From the IMG/VR virus record IMGVR_UViG_3300043803_002519: a DNA stretch of 64,000 nt, one strand, 5' to 3'. The DNA comes from a virus. Shown here one piece after another: positions 29,201 through 38,200 of the stretch (within the stretch, counting starts at the first letter, position 1; every line of letters begins with the position of its first letter). The position numbers and the translations under genes are program-made. The notes below the pieces were generated by a model. The model saw only the letters and a program-made list of their open reading frames with translations. It was not told the origin of the DNA and made no database searches.

Positions 29201-32200
29201 CACCCCCACCAAGAGCGCCTGGCGGGTGTTCGTCGACACCGTGGGACAGCTCCTGGGTCTCAAGACCAAGCCTGAGCTCGACGCCCTCGACCGGACGCTG
29301 AGCAAGATCGAAGTCGTGGCCAAGGAGCGCGTGGTGCCGGGCCGCGGCGGAGGGTCTCTGGCTTCTCGGGCGGCGCTGGTCAAAGACCCGCCGGCCCCGG
29401 AGCCCCCCGACGTTCTTCCAGAGCGGCACCCCGCCGACACCTGGGCGGACGTCCGCGGTCCCATTGGGTGGTGGATGCCTCTCGACGAGGTCGAGTTCCG
29501 CATCGGTCAGATGGCGGAAGAGCACGCCATCTTCTTCGACCGCGAGGGGCGCCAGATTGCGCGCTTCGGGCCGGAGGACACTCGTCGGGACGCCCCGGGG
29601 TACGATCCTGCCACCGCGTGCATCATCTACCCCAAGGCGCTGGACGACCTCGCGGCCTCGGGTGGCGGGGTCTACACCCACAACCACCCCAGCGGCAGCG
29701 CCCCGTCCATCGACGACGTTCTCGTGGCACGTCGCGGGAACGTGGACGCACTGCGCGCTGTCGCACGGAACGACGGATTCACCTGGGTCGTTCGCCGGCC
29801 AGAGGCGGGCTGGCCAGAGACCGATGTGTTGCGAAGGGCGTGGAAGGACCTCGCGCACACCGTGTACCTGTCTGCCAAGAAGCGCATGGACGCCCGCATC
29901 AAGGCTGCGGGGGGGAACCTCTGGGAGGGCGACCGGGCGGCTGGCTTCTCTGAAACCGTATGGAAGGAGTACCTCACGAATGGCTACGACACCCACTGGG
30001 CCGAATACTTCGGGGACCTTGGCATCGTCCTCGAGCGGGAACGGCACCCCCATCTTGGTCAACTCGGACTGGACGCCCCGGTACGGGGAGCCGCTGGTGC
30101 TCCCGGAGCCGGACCCGCAGTTGCTGGAGCCACCGAAGCGGCCCGCTACCCCGCCGTCGGAGTAGGCGAGCAGGGCAGGCTGTTCTCCCGTGCTGCGCCG
30201 GAAGGCGGCACTGTTCGGAAGGGCCGGCTGGGTTCGGACCTCCCCCGACTGCTGGACCTGCTCGGAGCGAGCATGTACTCCAAGCCGCTCGCAGAGGTGG
30301 CTGTCAAGGAGTTGGTGCAGAACGCATTCGATGCAATCAAGGCCACTGCCCGCACGGATGGGCAGATTCACGTCACCCTGAACGCCCAGGAGCGCACCCT
30401 CTCGGTGGCGGACAACGGCAAGGGGATGACCCCGGAAGTCGTGCAGGACGCGCTGTTCACGGTCGGAGGAACCAACAAGGAGGGGCTCGCCGTGGGAGAC
30501 CGCTCGGGCGGGCTGGGGTTGGCCAAGATGGCCTTCCTGTTCGGGTCCGAGTGGGTCGATGTGGACACGGTGCATGGGGGGGTTCGCACCCGCGTTCACG
30601 CCACGTCGGCGCAGATCAAGGCCTCCGACTTTGACATCGTGACTGAGCCTGCCCCCGGCGCGCCCAACGGAACCAATGTCACTCTCAAGATTCCGGAGAC
30701 GTACCGAGACCCTGCCTCTGGAGCGGACCGCACCATCTACCTCTTCAAGGAGCAGATGACGAGCGAGCAGGGGTCGGGGGTGCTGGACAGGCCGCTTTTC
30801 GGGAACGTCGAGGTCCTGTTCACGGAGGTTCCGCGGTACGGAACGCCGTCAACCGCCACGCTGCCCGTTGGCAGGAACACTGACCCGCTCGCAACCCCCC
30901 TCCTGACCCGCGCAGCGTTCGACTGGGGCTCCGCGGACGTCTACATGGGGGACGCCCGGAAGAAGTACCCCCGGCACCGAGTACTGTCTGCGGGACTGCA
31001 TCAGTTTGATACTGCCATTCTCGCAGGTAACGAGCGCATCCCCTACGACATCGTAGTTGACATTCGCCCGGGAGTGGACCCGCTCCACCCACACTACCCG
31101 TTCAACAACCAGCGGGAGGGGTGGCGCGGTACGGTCGAGGCCGACGTCAAGGCCCTGAACGGCTACATCGCCAAGCACTCCAGCGGCCGCGCCGCCGCAG
31201 AGACGTCGGACGTGTTCAAGGGGGCCGTCACGATGCCCCGTGTGGCGCCCGACGACCTGGATGTCGGAGCGGCCGCTCCCGCGGCTGTGAAGGCGTTTGC
31301 GCCGAAGGCTCCCCCTTCTCCACCCCCCGAGGGCGCCGCGGCCCCGAGGGCGCCCGACGTAATCAAGATCAGCGCCGGCGCTGTGGCCCCTTCGGTATCG
31401 GAGCGGGCGGCCCCAGACAGCTTCCGTCCCGAGAGGGCGGCCCCCGACCTTCAGTCCTTCGTCGGGTCCGTGGCCGTGGACCCCCTGAAGCCGCTCTTCC
31501 ACAACAACACGGGAGTCGACTACATCGGCGCGGTGCGGGCGGCGCTGCCTGGCGCCGAGCCCGAGCGGTTCCTCGCGGAGATGGGGTCGCTGGTCCTCGA
31601 CTTCAAGGAGGCCGCGGCCAAGCAGGACAAGTACGGTCTGGCCGATCTGGTCTCGTTGGAGAACCCCTACGCTGCAGGCATCTCCATCGACAAGGACTAC
31701 CGAGGGGTTCACGTCAAGGTCCCGTACCGCGCGTTCTTCCTGAATCCCCTCGCGGCCACCAACGAGACCGCGTCGGGCCTTGCGGAGAGCATGCTCCACA
31801 CGCTGGTCCACGAAGTGGCGCACACGACCGTGATGGCGCACAACGAGAACTTCGCTCTCGCGCTGGCGGACGTTTACGACCGGCTCGGAGACTCCGGGGA
31901 CACAGACATCTTCCGGGCGCGGCTGCGGAAAATACTGACGCGGCACCAAGACACCTTCAACGAGATGAGGCGCATCTATGACAGCCCCCGCACAAGCAAT
32001 CTCCGAGGCGCTCTGGAAAACGGCGAGCAGCTTTCCACCCGAGGAGCGCCCGGCCCAGGTGAAGGCGGCCCTGGAGCAGCACCTGGAGATGCTGCAGCAG
32101 TCGGGGGGCTCGACGGAGATGCAGGCCCCGCTCGTCGAGGCGTTGGAGAGCCTTCTGCTCGAGAACTGATCGAGGCGGCTCTGCCGGGTCTCTCCGGGCA

Positions 32201-35200
32201 CGGGAACGCCGCGCGGCCGGGTCCGCTCTACTCCCGCGCGGCCCCGGCCCCCTCGGCAGTCCCGAAGCCGTCGCTTCCTGAACCCACCGACGAGGTGCGT
32301 CGAGCGCATCAAGCCCTCGTCGTCAAGCGACTGCTGTCGCCGAGCGCAGAGACGCGCGCGGCGCACCAGGCGTACCAGGCGGAGCACCCCGAGGTGCTTG
32401 CATGGGCGGAGTACCGGGCGGCTGTCGCCGACGCAGAGTTGGCTCAAGCGCGCGAAGCTGCCCGCGCGGAGTACGAGGCCGGAGCCCCCGCCCGTCAGGC
32501 TGCAGCGGACGCGAAGGCGGCACGGTATGCGGACGCGAAGGCGACCGGAAAGAAGCTGCCCCCGGAAGAGCGGGCGATGAATCGTCGCGAGTGGTTCGGG
32601 GACTCCGCGGTGACGACCACGGGCGAGGCCGGTGGGAAGCCGCTGGTCGTCACGCACGAGTCGCCGTCAAAGTTCTCGGAGTTCCGGGCAGGGGAGTTCG
32701 GCTTTCACTTCGGGGTCGGCATCCCCGACGGGATGTTCGGCAGCAACCGGGTGTCGGGGCTGCTCCGCATCAACAACCCGATGCGGATGGCTGACCTCGG
32801 GGTGTGGACGCCGGAGCGGGTCCTTGCGGAGGGCGGGTTCAGCACCGCGGAGCAACCGCGCCTGCTGGCGGAGGTTGAACGGATTCGGGCGGAGGCGGAC
32901 GCGCCGACGAAGGCCATGGTCGCGAAAGCACGGGCTTCTGGAGACGTGGCCACGGCCGAGAAGTGGCAGGCCCTCTTGGAAGATGGCAGCGATGCGGCGA
33001 CCTTCCGCGACCGCCGCGGGAACTACCTGGCGAGCCGGCCGGTGCATGACGCCCTCCGCGAGAAGGGCTACGACGGCATCGTGTACCGCAACGAGGCGGA
33101 GGGGGTCGACGACTCCTACATCGCCTTCGAGCCGCAGCAGTTCAAGTCGAACAAGAACGTCGGGACCTACGACGCCACCGACCCCCGCTTCCTGTACAGC
33201 CGCGCCGCGCCAGCCCGCGCCGCCGAGGAGGCGGCCGAGCCCCTGCCCGTGTTTCGATCTCCTGCCGCCACAGAGCAGCGCTGGCATCGGATTGGCGACG
33301 ACCATCAGTACACCGAGTTGACCATCTCCCCTGAGGGGGCGCTGGACCCGTCGTTGCCGAGCTACGCGAAGCGGGGAAGGATGTCCAGCGGTCGCGGGAC
33401 AGGGTTCGCCTCTGGCATGTACGCATTCGCTGACGCGCGCCAGGGGACGGTTCCCGTTCTCCCCGCCCGGAACCCCCTGACGCTTCGGTCGTGGGGGCTT
33501 GAGGTGCCCAACGCGGCGGCCGAGTTCCAGCGGGATGCGTCGTCTCTCCTGTTCCTCGCGGAGCGCCTTCGCGACCTGTCTCCGGCGAAGCGCGCAGAGG
33601 CCATCGATCTGTTGCGCGCGAGGGTGTCCTCCTCCTTCGAGGAAGTGTACGACGCCGAGAAGCGCCTTGCCTCCCCCGAGTTCGGCATTGGTCGGGGTGT
33701 GTTTGGCGGGGAGCCCAAGTTCCCGTCCGACCTCGCGACCGCCCTTGACCCCCTCCTCTCGCGCTGGCGGAGGGTGGGTGTGCCTGCGGGCCTCGACGGA
33801 GCCGGCACGGTGGACGCGCTGATCGATGCGGCGGCGACGTGGGGCAAGCACCAGCATGTCCACCCGGTGAACATCCTGCTGAGTCGAATGGGCCACGACG
33901 GCATCGAATGGGCGGGAGGGGCGCTCAAGGAAGGCAACACCGGCGCCCACGGCTTCGTCAAGTTCCCGCCCATCACCGCAGACGGCGCTCTCGTTGACGT
34001 CGTTCCAGACCCTCGTCATGGCTACGCGGTGACGCACGGTGGGCGCGACCCGCGGGTGCTGTACTCCCGCGCCGCGCCAGCCCGCGCCGCCGAGTACCGC
34101 GGTGTAGACGGCAAGCCCCGCACCGCCACCATGTTCAGCGGCGGTGGGCTGGTCGAGGCGGGTCTCCGCAAGTACATCGACCCGGTGTTCGCGGTCGAGG
34201 TGAGCCCTGAGATCGGAGCCGCGTACAAGGCGGCCCACGGCGACCACGTCCGCATCGACGACGTCCGCAACGTCGACCTCGGCGAGGCTGGCGACGTGGA
34301 CTACCTGCACGCCTCCCCGGTCTGCAAGAACTTCAGCGCCGCCAAAGCCGTCACGGAGTCCGGTGAGCAGCCCCTGGACCTTGAGACGGCTCGGGCCACC
34401 GCCGACGCCGTCCACCGCACCCAGCCCGCGGTCTTCACGCTGGAGAACGTGCGGGGCTACCAGGGCACCGAGGCCATGGGGCTGGTCGAAGCCGCGCTCC
34501 GCGAGGAGGGCTACACCTTCGACGCCAACGTCTACGACGCGGCCGACTACGGCGCGGCCACCCGACGCAAGCGTCTGCTGCTCCGGGCGGTGAAGGACGG
34601 GGACCTCCCCCCGGTCCCGGCGCCCACGCACGGGCCCGGCCGGGCGCAGCCCTACGCCGACTGGTACGCCGCCGTTGAGGACCTCGTAGATGACCTGCCC
34701 GACGACGTGGTCCCCCCGTGGATGCGACGGCGCCTCGAGGCGGCGGGGATCGATCCCGACGCGCCGGCGAAGCCCACCATCGTCATGGGCGGCAGCGCTG
34801 GGAAGAACGTGCCCTACGCGGAAGCGGGGGGGCCTGCCCCCACGTTCAAGGCCACGCCGGGCGAAGCGCACCGCATCATCTTCCCCGACGGGCGGGTCAA
34901 GCGGGTCACGCCCCGCGCAGCCGCTCGCATCACGGGCCTGCCTGACGACTACCCGCTGCCCACCAAGAACGCGACGGCGACGACGGTCATCGGCAACGGC
35001 GTGCCCCCGGCCCTGAGCGAGGCGGTGTTCGCGCCGCTCTTGGCGGGCGACCATGTGCCGGGGACGCTCTACTCCCGCGCGGCGCCTATTGAAGACGCCG
35101 CGCCCGGCATCGTGGCCCTCCGCAAATACATGCTGGATGCGGCCGGCGACGATACGGCGTTCGACGCCAAGGTCTACGCTGAGCGCAAGCAGGTCTGCGC

Positions 35201-38200
35201 GTTGACCGGGCACTGCAACGCGGCGGCGTACATCGTTCAGAAGCGCTACGGCGGCGAGCTTCTGAGTGCGAAAGTCGACGGCGAAACGCATGTATGGAAC
35301 CGGCTCGCCGACGGCACCGAGATCGACCTCACCGGTTCGCAGTACGGCGGGGACGGGTTTCACCCGGTAGCGAAGAATGGAAAGGTGGTGCCACTGCGAT
35401 CCACGGTGAACCCGCGGTTTGCAGCGTTTGAAGACCGCGTGGCCGCTGCGGAGCTGCGCGCTGCGCGCGACCCTCGGTTCCTCTACTCCCGCGCCCCCGG
35501 CAACCAGACCGACACGCCCGCCTTCCAGCGCTTCATCGAGGGCACCAAGGCCGTGGACGAGGACGGCGCGCCGAAGCGGCTGTACCACGGCACCACGCAC
35601 GACTTCGAGGCCTTCGACGCGCAGAGTGGGAACGTCGAGAACCACCACGGCCGTGGCATCTACCTGACCTCGTCGGAAGGCGACGTCGGGTCCAACTACG
35701 CCACCCGCGAGGGGCCCGACCTCAAGAGCCGCATCGAGTCCCAGATGGAGTCCCTCCTCGACGTCTGGGACGACCCCAGCGTGGCGCAGGACTTCGTCGA
35801 GCGGTGGCTGGAGGCGCACCCTGAGCGCGCCGCCGAGGGCGAGCGGCTGGTCCAGGTGCTGGACGACGGGGGGAACCCCGACGCGAATCTCTTGCAGGAG
35901 ATCACTCGGTGGGTAGCCGAGCAGGAGATTGCTGGCTCGCACGGGGGCGCAGTCCTGCCCGTCTACGCCGCCATCAAGAACCCCGTCGATTTGCGGCCCG
36001 GCAAGGTGACACGCTTCGACATCGAGACGAAGTGGTCCGAGGACGGTGAGGACTTCCTCGGCGAGACCGGGGCCGGCGTGGAGGCCATCGACGCCATCCG
36101 CCGCATGGCCAACTCCTCCGACACGGCGGACCTGATCATCGAGGCGCTCGGGGACATCTCCGAAGGGTTCGACGCCGCTGACCTCGAGCGCGCAGTGCGG
36201 GACAACTCCATCGAGTTCCTCGACGACGACTCTTCAGCGGGGCAGTTCCTTCAGGACGTCTACCGCGAGCTGGGCTTCGACGGCATCGTCATCGACGCCT
36301 ACAAGACCTTCGGCCCCCGGCGCGCAGGGTGGGGGGTAAACCTCCCCGGCATGGCGGGGCTGACCCCCGGCACGGAGCACTGGGTCGCCTTCGAGCCCAC
36401 CCAGGTCAAGTCCGCCACGGGCAACCGCGGCACGTTCGACCCGAAGGACAAGCGCCTCTTGTACAGCCGCGCGCCTGACGGCCCGACGTGGACCGCCGAG
36501 CCCCCGCCCCCGGGCGACAAGGTCCCCGGCATCGTCGACAACCCCGCCCACGCGGCTTGGTCCAAGACGAAGCGTGACCTTGCGAAGGATGTCGCGGACC
36601 TCGAGGACGCGGAGCTATCCGCGTGGTGGGAGCACTACGGGCCCTCTCCGGACGCGCCGACGGTCGCGCCCAGGCCGAAGAACTTCGCCGAGGCTCAGGC
36701 CTACTGGACCGAGCACGGCGACGACCCGGCGGAGTTCCCCGAGCCCTCCCCCGAGCTCTCTGCGAAGCTGCAGGCCCTCGACGATGCCAACGCCGCGCCC
36801 GAGCCCTCGCGCACCACCGCAGGCTTGGTGAACGACCCGGCCCGCGTCATCGTCCGCTACTTCAAGACCGCCAACATGCAGGCCCTGCTCGAGCAGAACG
36901 CTCAGGTCATCCGCATGCTGCTCGGGGAGAAGTGGGCGGGCGACCTCATGCGCTTCTTCGACCACGAGGTCGACACAGCCTCCGGCCAGGTGCGCCTCAC
37001 GAAGAAGGGCGAGGAGCAGTTCAACGTGGCCCTCGCCCGCGTCCTGCGCGGCGACCTCGCGCCCCGCGGCCGGGTGCGGGCGTACTTCGAAGAGCTCCGC
37101 GATGCGCTGAGCGACATCTGGCTGAACCTCCGCGGCAAGCCCATGTCGCTGCCCCCCGGCTTCCGCCAGTGGTGGGACGCCACCCTCGACCCGGCCAAGC
37201 ACCTCCGCGCCCGGGTGAAGGTCTCCGACGAACGCTTCGGGCGCCAGCCGCTCGAGGTCAACGTCACCGTGAAGGCGAACGACCCCGACGCTCCCCCGCC
37301 GCCGGACCCCACGCGCCTCGGGCGGGAGCTCGCCGACGTCACGGACGTCATCTACCGAGAGGACTTCAAGCGCGCCAACGCTCTGCACGAGTACTGGAAC
37401 CTGCCCCTGACGCCCGGGCAGAAGCGCCACGCCCTCGGCATCCTGGGCAGCGACACCGACGTGGATGCTGTCGAGGCCGTGGCCAAGGCCATCGCGCTCC
37501 TCGGCACGACGCAGGCCCGCCGCCGCTGGGGCTTCTCCGGCAAGGTGGTGCGGGTGGGTCGGCGCAGCCAGGTCTCCGAAGACCGCAAGGAGAGCGTGCT
37601 GAAGCGCGCCCGCGAGGCCTTGCACGGGGCCATCGGCGGCGACGTGGTGGCCGCTCCCGACGGCGGGGTGACCCTCACCCCCGAGCAGGCCAAGGGCCTC
37701 GCCGCACACCTCGACCACCTCGTGGACGCCGGGTGGGGCGAGCAGCTGCCGGACGAGTTGATCAGTCCGCAGAAGGACCTCACCAAGCTGACCGAGCAGG
37801 AGTGGTCGGACATCGCCAACACCACGGTCGACGACGTGGCGGGCCCTGGCAGCTACCGCGACCGCCAGGCCGACCGGGTCGTGGGCAACGCCGCGGAGAG
37901 CCTCCTCGGCCGCGCGGTCGACGCACTGTCCACCGTGCCCATCTTCAACGGCGTGCGCCGGAAGCTGACCGAGGCCTTCGACACGACCTTCGCCGGCAGC
38001 AAGAACATCAACCCCGCCGTGGCCGAGGTGGTGGACGGGTGGCGTCGCGAGTTCAGCGACGTGGCATCCCAGATTGCCCGCCTTCGTGAGCATGTTCGCG
38101 CGGGCACTGCAGACGAGACGGCCGAAGTCCTGATTCGGAAGATTGCCAAGGAACTGCCCGCCGTGGGCCCCGACCCCAAGGTGGTCGACGACCTGGTGGT

